The notes beneath the pieces are model-generated. The model saw nothing but the letters and a program-made list of their open reading frames with translations, was not told the DNA's origin and did no database searches. A program made the translations under genes and the position numbers. From positions 1-34,438 of IMG/VR virus record IMGVR_UViG_3300034283_000549: DNA of 34,438 nucleotides. One strand, given 5' to 3'. This DNA is from a virus. Its lineage: Duplodnaviria > Caudoviricetes. Of the stretch, positions 1-7,264 are shown one piece after another. Position 1 is the first letter of the stretch, and each line of letters starts with the position of its first letter.

Positions 1-19
1 GAATTAAAACTGCTCACAC

Positions 20-93
20 GGTCCGTTAGAATAGTTGGTTAGTTCGCCACCCTGTCACGGTGGAGGTCACGGGTTCAAGTCCCGTACGGATCG
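20..93 (+). tRNA. tRNA-Asp(GTC)
   Basis: Acceptor GGTCCGT/ACGGATC, anticodon arm CCACC-CT-GTC-AC-GGTGG, T-arm GGTTCAAGTCC, discriminator G; CCA not encoded. Confidence 0.95.
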
Positions 94-147
94 CAAGAAA
101 TTTTTCGACAATGTGATATTAAACACACTTTACGATTACGTAAGAAG

Positions 148-176
148 TTGCATTTTTCCACGATTTAGGCTACAAT
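148..176 (+). promoter_or_regulatory. sigma70/SigA-type promoter for a leaderless gene at 183
   Basis: TTGCAT-N17-TACAAT, ATG 6 nt after the -10. Confidence 0.65.
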
Positions 177-182
177 TAATAT

Positions 183-344
183 ATGACCACCATTACAAAA
201 CCTTACACAATATCAGAACTCGTAGAGGCTATCTATGAGGACAACTTCTCACACATTGATTTTATGGACAACATGGGGGGAGACCCTTGTGATTGTCATA
301 TCTGTAACACTCTTGAAACCATTATAAAGTATTGGGGAGAATAA
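183..344 (+). CDS. small hypothetical protein (53 aa, CDCHIC motif)
   Basis: Hand-translated MTTITKPYTISELVEAIYED...; stop overlaps the next ATG (TAATG). Confidence 0.7.
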   Translation: MTTITKPYTISELVEAIYEDNFSHIDFMDNMGGDPCDCHICNTLETIIKYWGE

Positions 345-502
345 TGCTAGGCTATGAGAGAGACGATTTAGATAACATGGTTCTTGCTATTGATTCTGCT
401 TTAACTACCGTGAATCCTGACGATGACCCTTGGCTACATAGAAACCTTACACAAGCCTCAGACTTCCTGTCAGGTCTATGGGCAGAAGGGTACTTTGACT
501 AA
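344..502 (+). CDS. small acidic hypothetical protein (52 aa)
   Basis: Hand-translated MLGYERDDLDNMV...GLWAEGYFD; TAATG coupling at both ends. Confidence 0.7.
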   Translation: MLGYERDDLDNMVLAIDSALTTVNPDDDPWLHRNLTQASDFLSGLWAEGYFD

Positions 503-618
503 TGCATAAACATCATTGGGAATGTACTGATACCCCTGGAATTTTCATGTGTCATGCAGAAGGACAAACAGGATACTTTAATAGTTTAACTAGGGAGATA
601 ACAGAAGATGTGGACTAA
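502..618 (+). CDS. tiny hypothetical protein (38 aa)
   Basis: Hand-translated MHKHHWECTDTPGIFMC...; translational coupling. Confidence 0.55.
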   Translation: MHKHHWECTDTPGIFMCHAEGQTGYFNSLTREITEDVD

Positions 619-823
619 GTATGATTATTTATGTACTGATTGTGATGCGCTGATTCAAATCACTGCTTGCGCTGATAAGGTTCTTGATCCTGCCTGTATT
701 TGTGGAGGGTATGGAATAGTTGTCCTAATATCAGAAGAAGATGGAAATGCCCCTATCATTACAGATGTGAGCAAGGTCACACCCCGTGGGCTTGTGAAAA
801 TCAACTCAAACCCGTATAATTAG
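608..823 (+). CDS. zinc-ribbon-like hypothetical protein
   Basis: YDYLCTDC...CICG cysteine motifs. Confidence 0.7.
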   Translation: MWTKYDYLCTDCDALIQITACADKVLDPACICGGYGIVVLISEEDGNAPIITDVSKVTPRGLVKINSNPYN

Positions 824-827
824 TATT

Positions 828-998
828 ATGACCAATGTAATTTACACCCGATTTGCCACCTTCACTGAATACGACTGCACAGTATGTAAAAATAAACTTA
901 ATGTTGATGAGGCTGATGAGTTTATGCTATGCCATGTCTGCTACTGCGAAATCTTTGACCCTACCCTGCGTGAAGCCTCTTTACGAAAGGACAGATAA
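828..998 (+). CDS. small CxxC-CxxC protein (56 aa)
   Basis: Hand-translated; CTVC...CHVC; TATAAT at 815-820 just upstream. Confidence 0.6.
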   Translation: MTNVIYTRFATFTEYDCTVCKNKLNVDEADEFMLCHVCYCEIFDPTLREASLRKDR

Positions 999-1150
999 TG
1001 AACCAGTTTATTGAGTATATGAAGATTCATTTAATTAGTCTTGAACAGGACCTTGAAGAAAACCCTATGTCTTTACATGTAGTAGATATAGAGGGACAAA
1101 TCTATGCTACCCGTCATCTTTTGTCAGTGGCAGAGGGTATGATAGAGTAA
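998..1150 (+). CDS. small hypothetical protein (50 aa)
   Basis: Hand-translated MNQFIEYMKIHLISLEQD...; TAATG coupling. Confidence 0.65.
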   Translation: MNQFIEYMKIHLISLEQDLEENPMSLHVVDIEGQIYATRHLLSVAEGMIE

Positions 1151-1428
1151 TGAATAACTTACAACTAGACCCAAGACTACAGAAACTAATTAATATGGGG
1201 GTATCAGGAACTGATATCCTACACGGTGAACTTAAGAGCCTAATGCTAGAGGCTGAAACAGAATACCTAGAGGCCAAACGCATTGAAGAAGAGGATGACT
1301 ACTCTGACGCTATGCAATCTATGGAACGCAAATATTGGGAGGGTATGCTAGACGCTTACTCAACTGTATATCAACTAACTTACGAACTAGCATTTGCTAT
1401 AGCAGATAGGACCAAGGCCAATGGATAA
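1150..1428 (+). CDS. acidic helical hypothetical protein
   Basis: ORF track; coupled to neighbours. Confidence 0.75.
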   Translation: MNNLQLDPRLQKLINMGVSGTDILHGELKSLMLEAETEYLEAKRIEEEDDYSDAMQSMERKYWEGMLDAYSTVYQLTYELAFAIADRTKANG

Positions 1429-1783
1429 CCTTATTGAGATGACCTTTGAAGAAGCAGATGAGCAGTTTAGATTTATACTTAACTCATATGACATAGATGC
1501 ATCCTTTGATGGTTTGATGTATGAGACCTATGGTGATGAGGTAGAGTTCATTAAATCCCAGCCACAAAATCGCATCTGGATGTATGGCGACGGAGACGAT
1601 GGCGGTACCTATATCTGGAGCGGCTGGGGATTTGTTAATCGCATTGGCTATTTCCTTAGTGAGAAGCCTGTGCCTGATAATACTATTATTCAAATCATGG
1701 TAGGAGAACCAGACTTGACATGTGATTTCTGCGGTGATACACTTGAAGAAGAAACCCACGACTGCGAAGGAATAGACCTATGA
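1421..1783 (+). CDS. hypothetical protein with C-terminal CDFC..HDC zinc motif
   Basis: ORF track; operon context. Confidence 0.75.
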   Translation: MDNLIEMTFEEADEQFRFILNSYDIDASFDGLMYETYGDEVEFIKSQPQNRIWMYGDGDDGGTYIWSGWGFVNRIGYFLSEKPVPDNTIIQIMVGEPDLTCDFCGDTLEEETHDCEGIDL

Positions 1784-1926
1784 ACGAATACAAAGTAGAA
1801 ATCATCTTTGAACCCACAGGTGATTACATGACATTTAGATACGAGGCTGAATCAGATAATGAAACAGACCTTGTTAATGAAATCTTAAGCCAACTATCAA
1901 TTGTATCTTGGAAGGAAGAAGAATAA
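1780..1926 (+). CDS. small acidic hypothetical protein (48 aa)
   Basis: Hand-translated MNEYKVEIIFEPTGDY...; ATGA overlap. Confidence 0.65.
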   Translation: MNEYKVEIIFEPTGDYMTFRYEAESDNETDLVNEILSQLSIVSWKEEE

Positions 1927-2282
1927 TGGGAGCCCGTATTAATTTTGTTTTTAAAGACGGTACCACATCAAACGTTGTCCTCTACAGTCACTGGGGACAA
2001 GACAACTGGCAGCAGGATATCGCCCTAGCGCTGAACCATGCAAGACCCCGCTGGTCAGACTCATCGTATGGAACACGTATGATGATCAGTCATCTTATTC
2101 AAGATAATATTTTAGATGAGCACGGGTATGGAATTTATTCAATCAACTCTAATAATTACGACCTAGGTGAGCAGACAGTGGTTATTGACTTTGTTAATAA
2201 AACTGTGATTGATAATGTCCCTGTTAAGTGGGACCTATTTGTACAGGCGTATCTGCCTGTGGCTGCGCTGGTGGGGGAGTAG
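1926..2282 (+). CDS. phage hypothetical protein (LYSHWG motif)
   Basis: Start moved to MGARINF (TAATG coupling). Confidence 0.75.
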   Translation: MGARINFVFKDGTTSNVVLYSHWGQDNWQQDIALALNHARPRWSDSSYGTRMMISHLIQDNILDEHGYGIYSINSNNYDLGEQTVVIDFVNKTVIDNVPVKWDLFVQAYLPVAALVGE

Positions 2283-2300
2283 GGTCACTCTCGCACTTAC

Positions 2301-2344
2301 GGTGGGGGGCAGACTGTGGTGGGTTGCCCTCCACCTTTCTTTTT
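2301..2344 (+). terminator. intrinsic terminator overlapping the next promoter
   Basis: Stem GGTGGGGGGCAG/TTGCCCTCCACC then TTTCTTTTT; TTGCCC-N17-TATAAT (2324-2352) overlaps it. Confidence 0.7.
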
Positions 2345-2370
2345 GGTATAATGGATAGAAGGGGGACGCT

Positions 2371-2598
2371 TTGAGAATTAGCAGAGGTATCACGCCAGAA
2401 GAGCGTGTGGCTATGAGGATTAAACCTATCATTGAGGACTTAAATCTAGACCTTGAACAGACAGGCATAATGCTTGCTAGGGTATTGCCACACTTGACAT
2501 ACACTCGTTTGATTGCTATAATTGAAAGTGCAGAGTATGAAAAAGAAGGTATTCTAGACCCTAAACTACAAATGGAACGGTGGAGACATGGACTATAA
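2371..2598 (+). CDS. hypothetical protein
   Basis: TTG start after GAAGGGG RBS. Confidence 0.65.
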   Translation: MRISRGITPEERVAMRIKPIIEDLNLDLEQTGIMLARVLPHLTYTRLIAIIESAEYEKEGILDPKLQMERWRHGL

Positions 2599-2860
2599 CA
2601 AGATAGCAAGCATTCTAACGCAGATTAACTTGGATGCTTTAGACCTAGAAGAAGTTGAGTATCTGCCCTCAGACTTTTGGATTGACTTTGAAGATGGTTT
2701 GGAATTTGCTATTTTTGTTAATGGTGGTTGGGCAGAGCCTACAGAAATGGGTAAGTCACAACTAGAGTTAGTATGGCGTACACTATGCGACATGCGTGAC
2801 CTTGACCCAGAAGTTATGTATGACAATGCTATAGACTTTTTCAAGGCACAGCAAGTATGA
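2588..2860 (+). CDS. acidic hypothetical protein (paralogue of 2857-3135)
   Basis: ORF track; visible similarity to the next gene. Confidence 0.75.
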   Translation: MDYNKIASILTQINLDALDLEEVEYLPSDFWIDFEDGLEFAIFVNGGWAEPTEMGKSQLELVWRTLCDMRDLDPEVMYDNAIDFFKAQQV

Positions 2861-3135
2861 CAGATTTTGTAACTCAGTGTGTAATCCTGGGGGAGTTGTA
2901 TGAAAACTATAAAGAAGAGAAAGACTTCAGAGCCTTTATAGAATACAACGATCTAGGATTGCCCCTGGCATATCTAACATCACAGGGTTTGGTTGTTGAG
3001 GTTTCAGATGATGGTCGCAGATACATTGCTGACACATTTGAAATGTTTCTTGAATCTATTAAACTAACTGAAGACGACATCATTGAGGGCATGACACTGG
3101 ATGAGGTTTTGGAAATCGCTGCTGCTGAAGACTGA
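2857..3135 (+). CDS. acidic hypothetical protein (YNDLGLPLAY motif)
   Basis: ORF track; ATGA overlap. Confidence 0.8.
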   Translation: MTDFVTQCVILGELYENYKEEKDFRAFIEYNDLGLPLAYLTSQGLVVEVSDDGRRYIADTFEMFLESIKLTEDDIIEGMTLDEVLEIAAAED

Positions 3136-3257
3136 GATTTTCGAAAAACCTTTTACACACCAAACCTTATTACGAACCCTCTAAAAAAATTCGCAGGGTT
3201 TCGACAAACCTTATATCCCAATAAAAAAGATTACGAACGACCTATAAATTTCCCAGG

Positions 3258-3286
3258 ATTCTAGCATATCAAACCTTACATGTCAA
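3258..3286 (-). promoter_or_regulatory. leftward consensus promoter
   Basis: TTGACA (3286-3281)-N17-TAGAAT (3263-3258) with extended -10 TGn. Confidence 0.65.
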
Positions 3287-3592
3287 ACCTTATATCATAT
3301 AAACTCATATCTGTCAAACCTCTATATCCAAAAACCAGAATGTATGGTTTGTTATTCCTATAGGGGTATTACGAACTCTCTTTATTTATCCCCCGCCCTG
3401 CAATGATTGCCAGGACTAGCAGACATTCTGCAGCGGGGGATCAAAAGATATACCAAACCCCATAGTATAAAAGACATTACGAAGGACATATATTTTTCCC
3501 TGGTTTTTAGAATATTTATCAAACCTTTATATATTTTTATAGAGGTTTTTCTACATTTTTCTCACATTTTTGCAAGGTTTTATATAGGGTTT

Positions 3593-3609
3593 TGTTATCA
3601 AATTGTTAT
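3593..3609. promoter_or_regulatory. OmpR-family (MtrA/WalR-type) direct-repeat box
   Basis: TGTTAT-CAAAT-TGTTAT, i.e. ATAACA-ATTTG-ATAACA on -, 11-bp period. Confidence 0.55.
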
Positions 3610-3618
3610 CAAATATGC

Positions 3619-3647
3619 TTGACAATATGAAGGTTTGGCAGTATAAT
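3619..3647 (+). promoter_or_regulatory. perfect consensus rightward promoter
   Basis: TTGACA-N17-TATAAT. Confidence 0.8.
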
Positions 3648-3748
3648 CCGCTATCCAAATATGAAGGTTTGACAATGTAAAGGTTTTATGGTAGGAGGTT
3701 TGGCGCTGTGCGACATTACGAACGCCATCTATAAAAGTGTTCCATAAA

Positions 3749-3775
3749 CCACTATCCTCCACTTTCCTCCACTTT
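3749..3775 (-). promoter_or_regulatory. MraZ-type binding repeats
   Basis: Minus strand AAAGTGGAGGAAAGTGGAGGATAGTGG = GTGG-N6-GTGG-N6-GTGG. Confidence 0.6.
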
Positions 3776-3809
3776 GGGATAAATCTAAAAAATATCAGTA
3801 ACATTTAAT

Positions 3810-3862
3810 TGTGGATAACCTGTGGATAACTATGACATTTCTAGCATAAAACCTGTGTATAA
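3810..3862. promoter_or_regulatory. three DnaA boxes
   Basis: TGTGGATAA at 3810 and 3821, TGTGTATAA at 3854 (reverse complements of TTATCCACA / TTATACACA). Confidence 0.8.
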
Positions 3863-3892
3863 CTGTTCATCTTGGTGTGATATGATGGGGTT

Positions 3893-4081
3893 ATGCTAAC
3901 AATAATTCTCATACTAATAACGTGGTACGTTACTAAATACTACTATACAAAAACCTTTAAACTCTCAATGCCTACTGTAGATCCTAATATGGTACATGCC
4001 AACTGTGCTAAGTGTGCTCAAACCATCTACACCCATAGAGACAACCTTCGTGCTCCATACTACTGTCTAGCCTGTAACTAA
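3893..4081 (+). CDS. small membrane-anchored CxxC-CxxC protein
   Basis: Hydrophobic N-terminus, CAKC...CLAC; TATGAT 6 nt upstream of the ATG. Confidence 0.65.
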   Translation: MLTIILILITWYVTKYYYTKTFKLSMPTVDPNMVHANCAKCAQTIYTHRDNLRAPYYCLACN

Positions 4082-4097
4082 CCAGGGTATATAAACA

Positions 4098-4418
4098 TTA
4101 CGAACTGTCCTTTATAGCCTTATTGACCATACGGATCAACATCCTCCTGGTTACTTTAGATGCATCAAATGTCTCCGTATATCCCCCATGAGGCATTTGT
4201 TCTTTAGTTAGATAGTGTCCGTATCTATCCCTTAGTGTTTTTAGTACTATAGATTCTACTTCTTTTGCCCTATACCGTTCAAAAAAATGCCAATACTTAA
4301 TCAAGATCCAGCCTTTGGTCCTGTGGCTTGCAAACCTTTTACCTGAGATATCTGATATGCCTATCTTAATAGCCTTATGCTCTGGGCTGTAGAGTAGGTA
4401 TAAGATTGCTTGCTCCAT
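4098..4418 (-). CDS. GIY-YIG-superfamily (T5orf172/Mug113-like) nuclease domain protein
   Basis: LYLLY...IKIGIS...R...G.TETF pattern; TATAAT 6 nt upstream. Confidence 0.65.
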   Translation of the reverse strand: MEQAILYLLYSPEHKAIKIGISDISGKRFASHRTKGWILIKYWHFFERYRAKEVESIVLKTLRDRYGHYLTKEQMPHGGYTETFDASKVTRRMLIRMVNKAIKDSS

Positions 4419-4445
4419 GTCCTTATTATAGGCTATACTTACCTT

Positions 4446-4562
4446 ATGACTACTGGATTAAACTGCACTATTTGTGGAAATGAAAATGCAACTCAAGTAA
4501 CAACATCTGGAACCTATTGTGTATCTTGTTATGGACGCTATTACGAAAACCGTAAGCGATAA
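4446..4562 (+). CDS. tiny CxxC-CxxC protein (38 aa)
   Basis: Hand-translated MTTGLNCTICG...YCVSCYGR; TATACT 6 nt upstream. Confidence 0.55.
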   Translation: MTTGLNCTICGNENATQVTTSGTYCVSCYGRYYENRKR

Positions 4563-4564
4563 GT

Positions 4565-4729
4565 ATGCTCTCTAAGGCTGATAAAAAGGCTTTACAAAAA
4601 CAATACTTTCTTGACATTAAATCTAAGGCTATCCCTCAGTGGACTCAGTGCTATATATGCCATAAGCCTAGACATATCTTTATACCAGTAGAGGATATAC
4701 CTATGCCTGTGTGTAAAGAGCATTCTTGA
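4565..4729 (+). CDS. small zinc-finger-like protein (54 aa)
   Basis: Hand-translated; CYIC...CKEH. Confidence 0.55.
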   Translation: MLSKADKKALQKQYFLDIKSKAIPQWTQCYICHKPRHIFIPVEDIPMPVCKEHS

Positions 4730-4760
4730 CATACCCTGCCAAAATTGGTAAAATGGGTAT

Positions 4761-5333
4761 ATGGATACTAAGGTTTGCAGAAAATGTCAAAAGACCTGCC
4801 TTGTCACAGACTTTTATAAAGGTCAGTCACAATGTAAGCCATGTGCCAAAGAGTATTCTAAGGCTTGGCAAAAGGCTAACCCAGAAAAGTATAAGAAGCA
4901 ATGGCAAAAGAAAAATAAAGAGCGTTGGGTGCAACAAAAGCAAGACCAAGCCTATATGACTAAGAAGGCCATTTATCGTCAAGAAAATAGTGCAAGGCGT
5001 GTAGCAACTGCTAAGGCTTGGAATCAAGCAAACCGTGAAAGATTTACCCTTCATGTAGCAAACTCTCACATCAAACGTAAGATATCTAAAGATGCTAAGA
5101 GTTATAAGATATTAGATAAAGAATATAGACGGCTCTACAACTCTCCCTGCGCTTTCTGCGGGGCTACAGAAAAGATTACGATGGATCATATTATTCCCAT
5201 ATCTAGGTCAGGAAACCATTCAATTGGAAATCTACAACCTTTGTGTAGGAGATGTAATTCAAGTAAGAAATCTAGATTGGTTTCAGAGTATAAATATTAT
5301 TTGAGCAAGTTGAAGTCTGCTAACCAAAAGTGA
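4761..5333 (+). CDS. HNH endonuclease
   Basis: CAFCG...TMDHIIPISRSGNHSIGNLQPLCRRCNSSK; N-terminal CxxC-CxxC; promoter TTGACA-N17-TAAAAT at 4726-4754. Confidence 0.9.
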   Translation: MDTKVCRKCQKTCLVTDFYKGQSQCKPCAKEYSKAWQKANPEKYKKQWQKKNKERWVQQKQDQAYMTKKAIYRQENSARRVATAKAWNQANRERFTLHVANSHIKRKISKDAKSYKILDKEYRRLYNSPCAFCGATEKITMDHIIPISRSGNHSIGNLQPLCRRCNSSKKSRLVSEYKYYLSKLKSANQK

Positions 5334-5379
5334 GTCGTTAGACTCAAGGGAAGGTTTACTACTCTATTTTGCGCCGAAC

Positions 5380-5931
5380 TCACAAGAATAGATTAAAAGA
5401 AGTTTGATTATCCACGCCAACGCCATTACCGTCAGTAATTGCTAAATTTTTGTAATATGCAACATATGTTCCTGCAGTGTCTATCTCGCACACTAGATTA
5501 ATATAGGACAGGGCTACACCTATAGTACTACCACCAGTACTATTTGTAATTGGCATTCTTCTTCTATACCATTGATTATTGGCATAAGGTCTTAAGTCTG
5601 TTGATGGGTGAACGTTTATCCCATTTTGATCTGTGACTCCAGCATCTCTAAGAGCACCATTTGCAAAATGAACATCTGTTCCAATTTGTGGCTGATTACT
5701 TTCTAAAAATATATCGTACTCTAAAAAGTCACCAGTTTGAACTGTGTATGATTCTGTTGGTATAAAAGCATATAAGTAACCATTTCCACCAGTTTGCGTC
5801 ATGGTGTATGTTACTTTAATGTAATCACTAATTGCTACAGACGATGCCGATGCTGTTCCATTTGAATCAAAATGCTTTCCAATTGTTGGATTGGCATCTG
5901 GGTACATCCAAATTTTTCGTCTTACTGCCAT
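5380..5931 (-). CDS. putative virion/fibre-associated beta-sandwich protein
   Basis: Co-transcribed with the fibre gene; beta-rich composition. Confidence 0.5.
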   Translation of the reverse strand: MAVRRKIWMYPDANPTIGKHFDSNGTASASSVAISDYIKVTYTMTQTGGNGYLYAFIPTESYTVQTGDFLEYDIFLESNQPQIGTDVHFANGALRDAGVTDQNGINVHPSTDLRPYANNQWYRRRMPITNSTGGSTIGVALSYINLVCEIDTAGTYVAYYKNLAITDGNGVGVDNQTSFNLFL

Positions 5932-5932
5932 T

Positions 5933-7264
5933 TTAGAAGTTATTAATCCTTGATACTAGGTCCCATTTTGTATCAGTAGAATTATAAATAAAACCAAGAT
6001 ATAAAGTTTTACTTGCAATAGTAATAGTTGGCAAAGATAGATCAGAAGATGCACGATATATGGCATTCCATGCTAATGTTCTAGCGGTTCCATTATCTTT
6101 TACTCTAACAATTAATTTTTGACCCTGCGTTGGTGTTCCACTTGGTGCTGCAAAGGTTGCAGTTTGTGTTAACGCAGTAAGTATATACATGTCATCGTTA
6201 TCTGCACTAGGAGAAGGAGTAGACGCATCTGTAACTGTAGTAACTCTGCTTGTAATTCTTTTATTTGTTAAAGTATTTGTACTTGATGCTGTTATTTTTG
6301 TATCTAGTTGTGTTTGAATTGCTGAAGTTACTCCATCAACATATCCAATTTCTGTAGATGTAACATTTCCAATAGATGTTGTACTTGGAAGCGTTACGTT
6401 TCCTGTAAAGGTAGGGCCTGCAAGATTAGCCTTAAGATTATCTGCTGTAGTAACAAATGCTGTTGTAGCAATTGCGGTTGTACTGTCTGCTGCTGCTTGA
6501 GTTGTTGCAATTGTTCCTGTTGGAAGTGTTGGTGTTCCAGTAAATGTTGGAGAATTAAGTGGTGCCTTTAAACCTAAAGCAGTTGTGATTGTTGCTGCAT
6601 AATTAGAATCATCACCAAGTGCAGCAGCAAGTTCATCAAGAGTATTTAATGCTGCAGGTGCTCCACTAGTTAGGACACTAAGTTCTTGCTGTACGAAACT
6701 TGTTGTTGCAATCTGTGTTGTGTTAGTACCAGTTACTGCTAACGGTGCAGCAGGTGTTCCTGTAAATGTTGGAGAAGAAATAGGGGCATATGTTGTTGCT
6801 GCTGTTGCAGAGGCAAGTTTAAGGTCAAGGGCTGTCTGAGTTGCTGTTGAAACTGGCTTACTAGCGTCTGATGTATTATCAACATTTCCTAGACCTACAT
6901 GTGTTTTTGTTACTCCTGATACTGTACCCGTAAAAGTAGGATCTGCAGTTGGTGCCTTAGTATTTATTTGAGTCTGGATAGCAGAAGTAACACCATCTAA
7001 ATATCCTATTTCTGTTGATGATACATTTGCAACCACATCCTGTTTTCCAGATAAATCTGGTGTTGACCATTGTGTATTATAATTTGTTCCGTCAACCTTA
7101 ACAAGAACCTGTCCTGTAGTTCCACCAGAGGGTATTCCATTGGCTGCAACATCTGCTTCTGGCAATGCTGCAAGGGTATCAATTAGATTAATAAAATCAG
7201 AACTCTTAGGAGAGTCTCCTGGTTCAAATTTTGTTTTTAACGCTGATAATTCTACTATGGCCAT
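5933..7264 (-). CDS. tail-fibre-like protein
   Basis: Start moved to MAIVEL (TATAAT 7 nt upstream); Thr/Ala-rich, repeated PTFTG(T) and STEIGYxDGVTSAIQTQ motifs, ALNTLDELAAALGDD fibre motif. Confidence 0.75.
   Translation of the reverse strand: MAIVELSALKTKFEPGDSPKSSDFINLIDTLAALPEADVAANGIPSGGTTGQVLVKVDGTNYNTQWSTPDLSGKQDVVANVSSTEIGYLDGVTSAIQTQINTKAPTADPTFTGTVSGVTKTHVGLGNVDNTSDASKPVSTATQTALDLKLASATAATTYAPISSPTFTGTPAAPLAVTGTNTTQIATTSFVQQELSVLTSGAPAALNTLDELAAALGDDSNYAATITTALGLKAPLNSPTFTGTPTLPTGTIATTQAAADSTTAIATTAFVTTADNLKANLAGPTFTGNVTLPSTTSIGNVTSTEIGYVDGVTSAIQTQLDTKITASSTNTLTNKRITSRVTTVTDASTPSPSADNDDMYILTALTQTATFAAPSGTPTQGQKLIVRVKDNGTARTLAWNAIYRASSDLSLPTITIASKTLYLGFIYNSTDTKWDLVSRINNF

Larger units (their letters stand above)
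3146..3702. repeat. polar (C)AAACCT(T) repeat array, orientation flips near 3535
   Basis: Forward copies at ~3146, 3162, 3206, 3271, 3285, 3316, 3521; reverse AGGTTT at ~3543, 3575, 3631, 3665, 3681, 3696. Confidence 0.8.
3169..3722 (+). repeat. dispersed ATTACGAA repeats
   Basis: Exact copies at 3169, 3230, 3368, 3476, 3715 (also 4097, 4540, 8867, 9630, 16734), all seen on +. Confidence 0.8.

Noticed and set aside
35-238. 67-aa ORF in the track
   Set aside because: Overlaps tRNA-Asp and the promoter of the better-supported gene at 183
3669-3697. Second rightward promoter at TTGACA 3669
   Set aside because: The hexamer at 17-bp spacing is TAGGAG, lacking the conserved final T
3146-3722. 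Possible CRISPR or mini-array
   Set aside because: Conserved cores are only 6-8 bp with irregular spacing (61, 138, 108, 239 bp), and no cas genes are present
3407-3804. ORFs 3407-3622 (+) and 3598-3804 (-)
   Set aside because: No RBS or leaderless signal, atypical composition, and they run across regulatory repeats
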